Assembly (NCBI GenBank): GCA_963752475.1
Contig: CAVVYR010000029.1
Coordinates: forward strand, 178,689-242,688
Origin: an uncultured Chloroflexia bacterium
GTDB taxonomy: Bacteria; Chloroflexota; Limnocylindria; Limnocylindrales; CSP1-4
Length of the DNA stretch: 64,000 nucleotides
Direction: 5' to 3'
Made by a program: the position numbers and the translations under genes. The notes beneath the pieces were generated by a model. The model was given only the letters and a program-made list of their open reading frames with translations, was not told where the DNA came from and searched no databases. Every line of letters begins with the position of its first letter. Within the stretch, counting starts at the first letter, position 1. Positions 39,466-49,263 of the stretch are shown here, one piece after another.

Positions 39466-40392
39466 ATGACCGCAACCGCGGTCGATGTCCGCAAGGTCTG
39501 GAAGCGCTACGGCGAAACGGACGTGGTCATCGACCTGTCCTTCGACGTGCACCCCGGCGAGGTGCTCGGCTTCCTCGGGCCCAACGGCTCGGGCAAGACC
39601 ACCACGATGCGCATGATCCTCGACATCGTGCGCCCGGCCCAGGGGCAGATCGAGGTCTTCGGTGAGCCTCCCGGTGTCGAGCATCAGGCGCGGGTCGGCT
39701 ACCTGCCGGAGGACCGGGGCCTGTATCGCGACGTCAAGATCATCGACACGCTGACCTACTTCGGCTCGCTGCGCGGCATGTCGCGCAAGCAGGCGCACGA
39801 CAGGGCCATGGCTCTGCTGACCGAGATGGAGCTGGCCGACGCCGCCGAGAAGAAGGCGGCCGAGCTCTCGCGCGGCATGCACCAGAAGGCACAGCTCATC
39901 GCGACCATCCTCAACGACCCCGAGCTGCTCATCATCGACGAGCCCTTCCAGGGGCTCGATCCGGTCAACGCCGACATGCTCAAGGGCGTGGTGCGCAGCC
40001 AGAAGGAGCGCGGGGCGGCCGTGATCATGAGCACCCACGACATGGGCGATGCGCAGACGCTGTGCGATCGCATCCTGCTCATCGACAAGGGCCGACGGCT
40101 GCTCTACGGCACCGTGGACCGGGTCCGTGATGCCTTCAGTGACGGCGCGGTCCAGGTCAGCGGCAGCGCTCTGCCTGACTCGGCCGATCAGCTCGGCAGC
40201 GTGACCGACGTGAATCCGGTCGACGGTGCGCTGCGCTACCTCATCGCCGAAGGCTCATCTCCCCAGGACCTCTTCCGGGAGCTGGCCAGCGGTGGCGCGG
40301 AGGTCGAGACGTTCGCGGTTCAGGCACCCAGCCTGGACGAGATCTTCATCCGCACCGTGGCAGGCGACCCGCGAGCAGAGGCCGTGCGATGA
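39466..40392 (+). CDS. ABC transporter ATP-binding protein (NatA/YhaQ-like)
   Basis: GPNGSGKTT, GYLPEDRGLY, LSRGMHQK, DEPFQGLDP, PSLDEIF. Confidence 0.9.
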   Translation: MTATAVDVRKVWKRYGETDVVIDLSFDVHPGEVLGFLGPNGSGKTTTMRMILDIVRPAQGQIEVFGEPPGVEHQARVGYLPEDRGLYRDVKIIDTLTYFGSLRGMSRKQAHDRAMALLTEMELADAAEKKAAELSRGMHQKAQLIATILNDPELLIIDEPFQGLDPVNADMLKGVVRSQKERGAAVIMSTHDMGDAQTLCDRILLIDKGRRLLYGTVDRVRDAFSDGAVQVSGSALPDSADQLGSVTDVNPVDGALRYLIAEGSSPQDLFRELASGGAEVETFAVQAPSLDEIFIRTVAGDPRAEAVR

Positions 40393-41645
40393 GCGAGCAG
40401 AACGGTTCGAGCTACGGCCGCCTGGCCGCCCTCGTCGCCCGCCGAGAGTACTCACGCACCGTGCGCCGGCGTGGGTACCTCTTCGGCACGCTGCTGCTGC
40501 CCCTCGGCATCGCTGTGCTCATGGGCATCTCGATCTTCTTCTCCACGTCGGGCTTCGAGTCCGACGGTGCGGCCAGCGGCACCATCGTAGTGGTCAACCA
40601 GTCGGACGTGACCATCGAGCCCTTCGAGACCGACACAGCCTCGCTGCGCACGATGACCGAGGCCGAGGCCGCGGCTCAGCTCGATGCCGGCGAGATCGAG
40701 ACGTACTTCGTGATCCCCGAGACGTTCAGCCAGGACGGGACGGTCAGGCGCATCGAAGCCGGCGGCTTCGACATCTCCTCGCTCGAGGCTGGTGAGGCCA
40801 ACGAGGGACTGCTGCGATACGTCATCCGAGCCTCGCAACTCGATGCCGCGGGCGTCTCGCCCGAGGACACCGCCACCATCCTGCAGGGTGTGACCATCGA
40901 GGTCGTGACGGTGGAGGGCGACGAGGTGTCCGGTGCCGACATCGCCGCCGGCATCGCGCTGCCCATGGTCTTCGTGGCCATCTTCATGATCAGCATCTTC
41001 ATGACCAGCGGCTACCTGCTCCAGTCGGTGACCGAGGAGAAGGAGAACCGCGTCGTCGAGATCGTGCTCAGCTCGATCCCGGCCACGCCGCTGATGGCGG
41101 GCAAGATCCTGGGCCTCGGCGGTGCCGGGTTGACCCAGGTAGCCATCTGGGTCGGCTCCGCCCTCGTGGCGGTGCCCTTGCTCTCGAGCCAGGTCCCGGA
41201 CCTCGGGCCCATCGAGCTGGACCCCACGATGCTGGGGCTGGCGTTGCTCTACTTCGTGCTCGGCTATCTCGCGTACGGCGCCATCTTCGCGGCCGTCGGC
41301 GCCATCGCTCCGGGCAACCGCGAAGCACAGCAGTATTCGGGCTTCCTCGGCTTCGCCGCGGCCATCCCCTTCATCGTCTTCTCGGTCTTCCTGGCCGACA
41401 TCAGCTCGCCGGTGGTCTACGCCCTCTGCCTCTTCCCGCTCACGACCCCGACCTCGATGCTCATCGTGCTGGGCGTGTCGGATGAGATCCCGTGGGCCCT
41501 GGTCGGAGCGTCGCTCACCAGCCTGACCCTGTTCGCGCTGCTCGCGACGTGGGCCTCCGCCCGCATCTTCCGTGCGACCGTGCTGCTGTACGGCGTGCGA
41601 CCCACGCTGCAGCAACTCATCGGCGCCATCCGAACGCCGCGCTAG
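40389..41645 (+). CDS. ABC-2 type permease (NatB/YhaP-like)
   Basis: VARREY, EEKENRVVEIVLSS, GKILG, multiple transmembrane segments. Confidence 0.9.
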   Translation: MSEQNGSSYGRLAALVARREYSRTVRRRGYLFGTLLLPLGIAVLMGISIFFSTSGFESDGAASGTIVVVNQSDVTIEPFETDTASLRTMTEAEAAAQLDAGEIETYFVIPETFSQDGTVRRIEAGGFDISSLEAGEANEGLLRYVIRASQLDAAGVSPEDTATILQGVTIEVVTVEGDEVSGADIAAGIALPMVFVAIFMISIFMTSGYLLQSVTEEKENRVVEIVLSSIPATPLMAGKILGLGGAGLTQVAIWVGSALVAVPLLSSQVPDLGPIELDPTMLGLALLYFVLGYLAYGAIFAAVGAIAPGNREAQQYSGFLGFAAAIPFIVFSVFLADISSPVVYALCLFPLTTPTSMLIVLGVSDEIPWALVGASLTSLTLFALLATWASARIFRATVLLYGVRPTLQQLIGAIRTPR

Positions 41646-41702
41646 GGCCAGGAACCGCGCGATCTGCCGATCGGGTGATCCGACCGGCGCCGGACATGAG
41701 CA

Positions 41703-41759
41703 GACCCCGCGTCGCCGCGGGGTCCGACCCTGGATCAGACGCCCCGGCGATGCCGGGGC
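41703..41759. terminator. Two GC-rich hairpins between convergent genes
   Basis: GACCCCGCG/CGCGGGGTC (41703-41724) and GCCCCGGC/GCCGGGGC (41741-41759). Confidence 0.55.
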
Positions 41760-41765
41760 TTGCCG

Positions 41766-42053
41766 TCACGCCGGCTTGATCTCGTTGAGCATCGCGCGGG
41801 CAGCATCCTTGTCCTGGAACCAGAGCGCATTGAGCTCGGTGTACTTGGCCTGATCGCCGGGCACGCTGTCCTCGGGGAAGATGGCCGCGGTCGGGCACTC
41901 GGGCTCACAGGCACCGCAGTCGATGCACTCGTCCGGGTCGATGAAGAGGGTGCGGTCGACACCCTCCTCGAAATGGATGCAGTCCACGGGGCAGACGGCC
42001 ACACAGGCCTGGTCCATCACGTCGACGCAGGGCTCGGCGATGACGTAGGTCAT
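41766..42053 (-). CDS. fdxA: 7Fe-type ferredoxin
   Basis: MTYVIAEPC...C...CPVDCI and [12 protein letters not shown]; GAAGGAG RBS. Confidence 0.9.
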   Translation of the reverse strand: MTYVIAEPCVDVMDQACVAVCPVDCIHFEEGVDRTLFIDPDECIDCGACEPECPTAAIFPEDSVPGDQAKYTELNALWFQDKDAARAMLNEIKPA

Positions 42054-42233
42054 TGACGCGCTCTCCTTCGCTCTAGATCCTCCGGGTCAGACCCGGGTTC
42101 GTGTCAGTACGTAGCGCGCTCATCGTACTCCGCGATTCCGCGAGTGTGTGTGCGATATGGACCGGTGCCGGGGTGCACTTCTTCCCGGAATCCGGGGCCG
42201 ACCGGCGCGAGTCGCGAAAGGCTCGCGTGCAGG

Positions 42234-42767
42234 CTAGGCTTCCACGTCCGCTTCGAGCTCACGCAGGTCCACCCGACCGACCATGCCCTTCTCGATGTGC
42301 CCGGGGATATGGCACAGCAGTGAGAGCACCTCGTCTGTGGGCACGTTGTAGGTGACGGTCTCCTGCTGGCCGGAACGAAGGAAGACGCGCAGGCCGCCGA
42401 TGCCGGGCGGCACGCTCGCGGGCGGCGCGGTGGCCAGCATGTTGGGCGGTGTGGCTTCGGCGTCGGCGATGGACCAGGCTTGCTGCACCGCGGCGTCACC
42501 GATGACGAAGTCGTGGACCTCCAGCCCGGCGTTGAAGATGGTGAAGCGGACGGTCTCGCCGGGCACCAACACCACCGGCGTGGGCTCGAAGCTGTAGTCG
42601 CGCATGATCACGGTCACGTCTCGTGGCTCGGCGAACGTGCCGGCGGTCTCGATCTCCACATCCGGGGGCGCGGTCGGCCGGGTGGCGCCGATGAAGATGA
42701 GCACTGTGGCGATGACGCCGAAGACGAGGACGACCACGACCGGCGCACGAGAGATGGGCTGCTGCAC
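42234..42767 (-). CDS. Membrane-anchored cupredoxin domain protein
   Basis: N-terminal TM; HDFVIG and CHIPGH..KGM type-1 copper ligands; TAGGCT 6 nt before GTG. Confidence 0.85.
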   Translation of the reverse strand: MQQPISRAPVVVVLVFGVIATVLIFIGATRPTAPPDVEIETAGTFAEPRDVTVIMRDYSFEPTPVVLVPGETVRFTIFNAGLEVHDFVIGDAAVQQAWSIADAEATPPNMLATAPPASVPPGIGGLRVFLRSGQQETVTYNVPTDEVLSLLCHIPGHIEKGMVGRVDLRELEADVEA

Positions 42768-42828
42768 GCCCGCAGCCTAGCCGCTCTCCGCTGGATGGGT
42801 CGCAGGCCGAGCCCGCTATCGTGGGCGG

Positions 42829-43026
42829 ATGCCAGGTGATGACGAGCCCACCGCTGCCCTGACCTCACGCACGGCGGTCATCGCGACCTTGCTGCTCTTC
42901 GGCGCCATCGTGGTCTTCGTAACGCTGACGGCGCTGCTGCCGGAGGACGACCCGGACAGCACGGAGGCAGCAACGACACCGCCGGTCGTGACCGACACGA
43001 TCATCGAAGGCGCACCGACGCCCTGA
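42829..43026 (+). CDS. Small hypothetical membrane protein
   Basis: Single TM; TATCGT 6 nt before ATG. Confidence 0.55.
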   Translation: MPGDDEPTAALTSRTAVIATLLLFGAIVVFVTLTALLPEDDPDSTEAATTPPVVTDTIIEGAPTP

Positions 43027-43055
43027 TCGACACTTGCGAGCTGGCCCTCATCCGA

Positions 43056-43250
43056 CTAGCAGCGGTGGGCGAACCAGCGCAGCGGCGCGACCTGGATCGA
43101 GTCGGATGTCGCCGCGAAGAGCTCGAGCCCGGTCACCACGACGAGCGCGGTCACCACGACGAGCGCGATGCCCAGCAGGATCACCGGCGTCAAGACAAGG
43201 GCGTTCAGCCGCTGGAAGAGGTTCGTGAGGTCGTCATTGGTGGTCCGCAT
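43056..43250 (-). CDS. Small hypothetical membrane protein
   Basis: Single TM; GGAAGG RBS-like sequence upstream. Confidence 0.5.
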   Translation of the reverse strand: MRTTNDDLTNLFQRLNALVLTPVILLGIALVVVTALVVVTGLELFAATSDSIQVAPLRWFAHRC

Positions 43251-43386
43251 GGTCGCCTTCCCTGTGCTGCATCGATAGGTTTCGATGCCGGGAGGCTACG
43301 GATGGGCCCTTGCCCAGCCCTATGCGCCGACTTCACTGCGCCTTACGCGGATGTGGACGACTGCGCGACGGCACGCCAGACACACC

Positions 43387-43416
43387 GAAGGCGCCCTCCC
43401 GAGGGAAAGCGCCTTC
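43387..43416 (-). terminator. Stem-loop downstream of the zinc-ribbon gene
   Basis: GAAGGCGC ... GCGCCTTC inverted repeat. Confidence 0.5.
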
Positions 43417-43457
43417 CTGGCGTTGCCTGTTCGCGGCTCAGCGGCCGCGACGCTCAC

Positions 43458-43841
43458 CTAGCGGCGAGAGCGGAAACAATCGTTGCAGTAGACCGGGCGG
43501 CTGCCAGTCGGCTGGAACGGCACCTGGGCCGTCTTGCCGCAGTCAGCGCAGACCGCGTCGTACATCTGGCGCGGGGGCCGGTCGTAGCCACCGCCACCAC
43601 CGCCGCCGTAGCCGCCGCCGCCACCGCCGCCGCCGTAGCTGCTGCCGCCACCACCGCCGCCGTAGCTGTCATCACCGTAGCCGCTGCCAGCGTTGCGCTG
43701 GGCCTTGCGGGCTTGGCGGCAGGTCTTGCAACGCTTGGGCGAGTCGGTGAAGCCCTTCTCAGCGTAGAACGCCTGCTCGGATGCGGTGAAGGTGAACTCC
43801 TGCCCGCAATCGGCACAGACGATCGTCTTGTCCTCGTACAC
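43458..43841 (-). CDS. Zinc-ribbon + CxxC-x17-CxxC protein with Gly-rich linker
   Basis: CADCG.EF.F...EQ.FY.EKGF...PKRC..CR and C..CG....VPF.P...RPVYC.DC; AGGAGG RBS. Confidence 0.9.
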   Translation of the reverse strand: MYEDKTIVCADCGQEFTFTASEQAFYAEKGFTDSPKRCKTCRQARKAQRNAGSGYGDDSYGGGGGGSSYGGGGGGGGYGGGGGGGYDRPPRQMYDAVCADCGKTAQVPFQPTGSRPVYCNDCFRSRR

Positions 43842-44002
43842 GAACGAACGAACCTCCTAGGTTCCTTTACTAGACCAGGACCGTTCGAGCGAGATACGGG
43901 ACCACGAAGGAGCGTTCCTGAGTTACCGCCTCGGACTATAGCCTCCGCGACCCATGATTGCTAGGTGTCAGTCGCACCTGATGCGCACTTATCCACACAC
44001 GC

Positions 44003-44194
44003 TCACATGTGTGGCTCGTAGTCGGGCGCGAGGATGCGCTCGGGCTCATCCTCGAAGTCCAGCTTGCAGCCCTTGGCGCAGAAGTAGTACGTCGTGCCCT
44101 CGTGCTCGGTCGTGTGCTGCGCGGTAGCGATCTCGACCTGCATCCCACAGACGGGGTCGATGGCGATGCCGGGAGGCGTGGCGTTCTCGTTCAT
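44003..44194 (-). CDS. YHS domain protein
   Basis: DPVCGM, YYFC..GC...F...P; TAGACT 6 nt before ATG. Confidence 0.88.
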   Translation of the reverse strand: MNENATPPGIAIDPVCGMQVEIATAQHTTEHEGTTYYFCAKGCKLDFEDEPERILAPDYEPHM

Positions 44195-44246
44195 GCCTGC
44201 AGTCTACGTCCGCCCACGCTTGACCCCTCACGCGTATCCTGCAGGC

Positions 44247-44987
44247 GTGAAAGATCGACCGAAGCCGACCCGTTCGGCACGCACCCCTGACGACCGCAAG
44301 CTGCTCATGCGGCAGCCCGTCGCGGACACCACCTTCCTCGAGTCGGATGCCTGGCGCGCGCTACGCATCATGGGCGAGTTCATCGACGGCTTCGACGCCC
44401 TCGCCCGGCTGGGCCCAGCCGTGAGCATCTTCGGCTCGGCCCGGACCAAGCCGGACGACCCCATGTACCAGCGCGCACGCGACCTCGCAGCGAAGCTGTC
44501 ACACGAGGGCTTCACCGTCATCACCGGTGGTGGTCCCGGCATCATGGAAGCCGCCAACCGGGGCGCCAAGGAGGCCGATGGCGTCTCGGTCGGGCTGGCC
44601 ATCGAGCTACCCCACGAGCACGGCCCCAACCCCTACGTCGACATCTCCCAGTACTTCCGCTACTTCTTCGTGCGCAAGACGATGTTCGTGAAGTACGCGC
44701 AGGCCTTCGTCATCTTCCCCGGCGGCTTCGGCACCTTCGACGAGCTGTTCGAGTCGCTGACCCTGGTCCAGACCGGCAAGATCGACAACTTCCCCATCAT
44801 CCTCTTCGGGTCGTCCTACTGGAGCGGGCTCGTGGAGTGGATCCGAGCGGAGGTCGTGCAACAGGGCAACGTCTCGGCGGGCGACGTCGAGCTCTTCCGG
44901 GTCTGCGACGACATCGATGAGATCGTGGCCCTCATCCGCGAGTCCTACCGCACGCGGGACGAGGGCGCCGGCGAGGACGTGGCCTAG
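44247..44987 (+). CDS. LOG family protein (TIGR00730-like)
   Basis: FGSAR, TGGGPGIMEAANRGA, FFVRK.MF, PGGFGTFDE; TATCCT 6 nt before GTG. Confidence 0.9.
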   Translation: MKDRPKPTRSARTPDDRKLLMRQPVADTTFLESDAWRALRIMGEFIDGFDALARLGPAVSIFGSARTKPDDPMYQRARDLAAKLSHEGFTVITGGGPGIMEAANRGAKEADGVSVGLAIELPHEHGPNPYVDISQYFRYFFVRKTMFVKYAQAFVIFPGGFGTFDELFESLTLVQTGKIDNFPIILFGSSYWSGLVEWIRAEVVQQGNVSAGDVELFRVCDDIDEIVALIRESYRTRDEGAGEDVA

Positions 44988-45428
44988 ATGCGTATCGCCG
45001 TGGGCACCGATCACGCCGGTCTGCCGCTCAAGGAGATCGTCATGGCCTGGCTCGAGGAGCACGGCTACGACGTCGTGGACTTCGGCGTGAGCACGCTGGA
45101 CCGGGTCGACTACCCCGATTACGTGGCGCCGGCTGCGCGCGCGGTGGCCTCGGGCGACTGCCGCTTCGGCTTCGTCTTCGGCGGTAGCGGCACCGGCGAG
45201 CAGATCGTGGCCAACAAGATCAAGGGCATCCGCTGCTGCCAGGCGACCGAGCCCGTGACGGCCGCGCTCTCGCGCCAGCACAATGACGCCAACATCCTCT
45301 CGATGGGCGCGCGCATCGTGGGCGAGCAGGTCGCCATCGGCTGCGTCGAGGCGTTCCTCGAAGCGGAGTTCGACGGGGGCCGCCACATCCCCCGCGTGGA
45401 GAAGATCAAGGCCCTCGAGTCCGAATAG
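44988..45428 (+). CDS. rpiB: Ribose-5-phosphate isomerase B
   Basis: GTDHAG, DYPD, GGSGTGEQIVANK, RQHNDAN, GGRH..RV. Confidence 0.93.
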   Translation: MRIAVGTDHAGLPLKEIVMAWLEEHGYDVVDFGVSTLDRVDYPDYVAPAARAVASGDCRFGFVFGGSGTGEQIVANKIKGIRCCQATEPVTAALSRQHNDANILSMGARIVGEQVAIGCVEAFLEAEFDGGRHIPRVEKIKALESE

Positions 45429-45496
45429 CGCGGCGGGCCGGGTTGGGGGTCGCGAGTTCGTTCGGGCGTGCTCGGAGAACGACCAGCGAGAGGGGC

Positions 45497-46210
45497 CTAG
45501 CGCTTGGCCTTTGCCGCTCGCTTCTCTGCCTGCCTGGCACGGTAAGCCTTCGTCTTCTCGAGGTACTCGATGGGGTCTGGCATGACGCACGACGTCTGCC
45601 CCGGGTCGAACTCGACCTGCCCCATCGTCGCCGCCGTCTTCCGCGCCGCGGCCTCGAGCTCGACGTTGCGCAGGCCGATGCCGGTGATGGTGTTGCTGGC
45701 CGACCGGCGGGTCCAGTTGCCGTAGCCCTCGATGCGCTCGGCGATGAGCGCCAGCTGCGCCTCGAAGACGTCGTCGTCCACGTCCTCGTCGCTGAGCGCC
45801 ACGAGGTTCATGAGATCCCAGCCGGCTTGCGCGGTGCGGTCACGATCGGACGCGATCCAGCGCTCGGCCCGCTCCAGGCGTCCGGGCGTCTTCGAAGCGA
45901 TCTCGGCCACGAACGTGTCGACGAGGAAGTACGTGTCGATGTCCTCGAGCCAGGCGTCGAGCTCGTCCTCGGAGACTTGCGCGGGGTCGGCCACCATGCA
46001 CGCGAGCAGTCGAGCGTCGGTGTTCCCGCTGGCCCAGAGCTGCTCGGCGAGCGCATGGTCGGTGCCGACCTTCTTGCCCAACGGCCGCAGATCACCGAAC
46101 TTCACGCCGAAGGTCGGCTCACCCGCGCCGTGCCTCAGATACGTCTTGCGCGTCTGTTCGGTTCCCGCCGCCTCGAGGGCAGCCATGGCCTCGTCGTAGG
46201 TGAGCGTCAT
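45497..46210 (-). CDS. DNA alkylation repair protein (AlkD-like HEAT repeat)
   Basis: FGVKFGDLR, DHALAEQLWASG..DARLLA, TSC..P pattern. Confidence 0.8.
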   Translation of the reverse strand: MTLTYDEAMAALEAAGTEQTRKTYLRHGAGEPTFGVKFGDLRPLGKKVGTDHALAEQLWASGNTDARLLACMVADPAQVSEDELDAWLEDIDTYFLVDTFVAEIASKTPGRLERAERWIASDRDRTAQAGWDLMNLVALSDEDVDDDVFEAQLALIAERIEGYGNWTRRSASNTITGIGLRNVELEAAARKTAATMGQVEFDPGQTSCVMPDPIEYLEKTKAYRARQAEKRAAKAKR

Positions 46211-46707
46211 GCGCTCGGCGCCTCCTGGAGCTGTGCCGCGATGGACTCGGCCCAGGTGCTGATCTCAGACCATGGTCGGAAGTCGCCGTCGGGCGCCCGA
46301 ACGAGCGCGATGAGCGCCTTCTCACTGATGCCCAGGTCGGAGCCCTCGATGCGGCCCGGGAAGAGCCGGTGGCCCCGGGCGCCGAGGTGCTTGACCACGT
46401 CGGCCACCTCGGCGGGGTTCTCCAGCGGCTTGGGTGGATCGCCCACGGGACCACTCGAGAAGAGCCAGACCGGCACCTCCTTGAGCTCGCCCGCGTGGAC
46501 CTCGACGAACTCACGCGCGGCCCGCATCCAGTGGCCGGAGTAGACGCCGCTGCCGATGACGACCGCGTCATAGGGGCTCAGCGAAGAGACGTCCTCGATA
46601 GGCTTGAGCTCGGCATCGAGGCCGCTCGAGCGGACCGAGGCCTCGATGACCTGGCCGATCTCGGTGGTGGCACCGTGCTTCGAAGCGACGGCAACGAGGA
46701 CCTTCAT
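46207..46707 (-). CDS. Flavodoxin domain protein (HemG-like)
   Basis: ASKHGATTEI, YDAVVIGS.VY, VWLFSSGP, GDFR.W..I..WA. Confidence 0.85.
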   Translation of the reverse strand: MKVLVAVASKHGATTEIGQVIEASVRSSGLDAELKPIEDVSSLSPYDAVVIGSGVYSGHWMRAAREFVEVHAGELKEVPVWLFSSGPVGDPPKPLENPAEVADVVKHLGARGHRLFPGRIEGSDLGISEKALIALVRAPDGDFRPWSEISTWAESIAAQLQEAPSA

Positions 46708-46816
46708 GGCTGGGATTCTCCGTGTCGTGGCAAGGACGTACCCGAGCACGATGCCGAGCGCCGTCCGCATGGCGTAGTGCCGAGCGTACCCTGCTGCGCG
46801 GGCCGAGGGTGGCCTC

Positions 46817-46832
46817 TGTCACAGCCCTGACA
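46817..46832. promoter_or_regulatory. TGTCA-N6-TGACA palindrome (Crp/Fnr-family-type operator)
   Basis: Perfect half-sites between the divergent flavodoxin and prenyltransferase genes. Confidence 0.5.
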
Positions 46833-46885
46833 CCGTTGGAGCGTGACACTGGGCGACTACCGACCGATCTCCACTGGTACCGACC

Positions 46886-47830
46886 ATGGCCGTCAGTTTG
46901 AAACGCGCAGTCCCTGACCGACGCATCGCTCCGATGTCGCCGGCACGGGCGCTCGTGGCCATGACGCGGCCCAGCCAGATCGTCCTCATCTGGGTCGTCT
47001 TCGCATCCGGCGTGCTGCTGGGCCTGACGCGCCCGGACGCTCGCTTCGACCTGGGGGCCGTGGCCCTGGCGACACTGCTCATCACCGGCACGTCGGTGGC
47101 GGCACACTACGTCAACGAGGCGGAGGACGCGGCCACCGACCGGCTCACCGAACGCACCGGGTTCTCCGGCGGCAGCGGGGCACTCGAGGCCAGCGGGGTG
47201 GAGCCATCACTACCGCTGCGCCTGGGCCTGCTCCTGACCGGCGTGGTGGTGGTAGCGACGGGGGTCGCGTGGCTGGCTGGGGCGGTACCGGGCGTGGCGG
47301 CCACGATCGTGCTCGTCGGCCTGGTGGGCGCGCTCTCCTACTCACTGCCGCCGCTGGCAGCGATGCGCCACGGCTGGGGTGAGCCGCTCAACGCGGTGCT
47401 CGGCGGGTTGCTGCTGCCGCTCGCGGGCGTCGCGGTCGTCAGCCGTCACATCGGGGGCGCGGACGTCCTCGCCTTCCTGCCCTTCGCGCTGGTCGCCCTC
47501 GCCAGCGTCATGGCTACTGCCTGGCCGGACCGTGCCGCCGATGCCGCCACCGGCAAGGCCACGATGCAGGCGCGGCTCCGGCCGACGGTGCTACGACGGA
47601 TCCACGCTGCAGCGTCGCTAGGCTTCATCGCCGCAACCGTGGTCGCGGCTGCCGCCGCCGCGCTGCCCTACGCGCTGGCGGGTCTCGTGGCCGTGCCGGC
47701 GCTCATGCTCGGGATGGCCAGCTACACCCGCCGAACCTCGCCGTTGCCGAACGTGGTCGCCATGGTCGGGCTGGCCATCGTGCTCCTGCTGGCGAACTCC
47801 GCCGCCCTGCTCACTGGGTGGAGTCCATGA
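46886..47830 (+). CDS. UbiA family prenyltransferase (MenA-like)
   Basis: NE.ED...D, FSGGSG, YSLPPL, GWGE, PD..AD...GK.T motifs; multiple TMs. Confidence 0.8.
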   Translation: MAVSLKRAVPDRRIAPMSPARALVAMTRPSQIVLIWVVFASGVLLGLTRPDARFDLGAVALATLLITGTSVAAHYVNEAEDAATDRLTERTGFSGGSGALEASGVEPSLPLRLGLLLTGVVVVATGVAWLAGAVPGVAATIVLVGLVGALSYSLPPLAAMRHGWGEPLNAVLGGLLLPLAGVAVVSRHIGGADVLAFLPFALVALASVMATAWPDRAADAATGKATMQARLRPTVLRRIHAAASLGFIAATVVAAAAAALPYALAGLVAVPALMLGMASYTRRTSPLPNVVAMVGLAIVLLLANSAALLTGWSP

Positions 47831-48528
47831 GCGGGCGCGACCCCAACAGGTTGGCCATCGACTACCTCCTCGCGACACGCAGTGCTGGTGACGGCGTCGA
47901 CACACTCGCAGCCGAGCTCGCAAGCCTTCCCGAAGCCTTCCTGCGAGACGGGCTCGGCGACGACCGCGCACGCACGGCCTTCTGGCTCGATATCTACAAC
48001 GCCGAGATCATCCGTGCCGGAGTCGTCGACCTCACCGACCGCATCACGCGCCTCCGTCACTTCCGGCGAGCGTCGATCACGGTCTCCGGCCGACGGCTCT
48101 CGCTGGATACGGTCGAGAATGGGCTGCTGCGTCGGTCACGCTTGAAGCTGGGCCTCGGCTACCTGCCCAACCCCGTGCCGGGGGCCTTCGAGCGCACCCA
48201 CCGCGTCGGCCGCGTCGACCCACGCATCCACTTCGCGCTCAACTGCGGTGCGACCTCGTGTCCACCGATCGCCGCCTACGACCCGGCTCGCCTCGACGAT
48301 CAGCTGGAGCTGGCGACGAGGAGCTACCTGTCCACCGAGGTGCAAGTGGAGGACGACGTGGTGCGTGTCCCGGCCGTGCTGCTCTGGTACATCGGTGACT
48401 TCGGTGGCCCCTCGGGTGTACGGCGGTTCCTCGAAGACGCGGGCATCGAGATGGCTGACCGACGGTTGCGCTTCCGACCATGGGACTGGACCCCGGACCC
48501 CGAGCGCTGGATGAGTGACGCTGGCTAG
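47827..48528 (+). CDS. DUF547 domain protein
   Basis: AFWL.IYNA, SLD.VE.GLLR, DPRIHFALNCGATSCP. Confidence 0.88.
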   Translation: MSGRDPNRLAIDYLLATRSAGDGVDTLAAELASLPEAFLRDGLGDDRARTAFWLDIYNAEIIRAGVVDLTDRITRLRHFRRASITVSGRRLSLDTVENGLLRRSRLKLGLGYLPNPVPGAFERTHRVGRVDPRIHFALNCGATSCPPIAAYDPARLDDQLELATRSYLSTEVQVEDDVVRVPAVLLWYIGDFGGPSGVRRFLEDAGIEMADRRLRFRPWDWTPDPERWMSDAG

Positions 48529-49262
48529 GCGTCGAGGTCCTCGAGGCCCTCGGCGATGTCCATCAGCTGCTCGGCGTCGCGGATGAGCACCTGGTGCTTC
48601 TCGGTGTCCAGCAGACCACGGCGACGGAAATCAGACAGGGTGTGCGCCAGCGTCTCACGGGTCGTGCCGATCATCTCGGCCAGCTCCTGCTGTGTCAGGC
48701 GGGCCTCGATGAGCGTGCCCCGCGAGGTCTTGACCCCGAACCGCTGCGAGAGGTCGACCAGCTTCCGCGCCAGCCGCTGGCCCACGCGCTGGTAAGCCAT
48801 CGCCTCGAGCTCCGATTCAGCATCGTGCAGGCGGCGCGAGAGGTAGCTGATGATGTTGACCCCGATAGCCGGGTAGCGCTCCACGAGCGAGCGCATCTCA
48901 CCTGGGCTGATGGTGCAGATGACGGCTTCGTCGAGCGTCTCGGCGAAGGCCTCCGGGATGGGCTCCTGCCCCAACAGGCTCATGTCGCCGAGGATCGTGC
49001 CCTTGTCGAAGATGTCGAGGGTGAGCTGCTTGCCGTCGGGCGTCACGCGGTAGGCGCGGACCTTGCCCTTCTTGAGGATGTGGATGCGGTCGGGTGGGTC
49101 GTCGGGCGACATGATGCGCTGGCCGGCCGTGCACTTGGTCATCGTGGTGGCGTGGCCGATGGCGTACATGTCGTCGTCGGAGAGGCCCGCGAAGAGATCC
49201 ATCTCGCGGAGCAGGCCCAGCTTCTCCTGCAGGGATCGCTCCTGCGCGCCGGCGATGGTCAT
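48525..49262 (-). CDS. Crp/Fnr family transcriptional regulator
   Basis: cNMP-binding fold (G.V, G.ILGDM), QRLARKL, LTQQELAEMIGTTRET HTH. Confidence 0.92.
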   Translation of the reverse strand: MTIAGAQERSLQEKLGLLREMDLFAGLSDDDMYAIGHATTMTKCTAGQRIMSPDDPPDRIHILKKGKVRAYRVTPDGKQLTLDIFDKGTILGDMSLLGQEPIPEAFAETLDEAVICTISPGEMRSLVERYPAIGVNIISYLSRRLHDAESELEAMAYQRVGQRLARKLVDLSQRFGVKTSRGTLIEARLTQQELAEMIGTTRETLAHTLSDFRRRGLLDTEKHQVLIRDAEQLMDIAEGLEDLDA

Positions 49263-49263
49263 G

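Noticed and set aside
43585-43665. GCC/ACC microsatellite-like tract
   Set aside because: Explained by the poly-Gly linker of the zinc-ribbon protein on the minus strand
43989-43997. Replication origin suggested by a DnaA box
   Set aside because: Only one box, no AT-rich unwinding element and no dnaA/dnaN nearby
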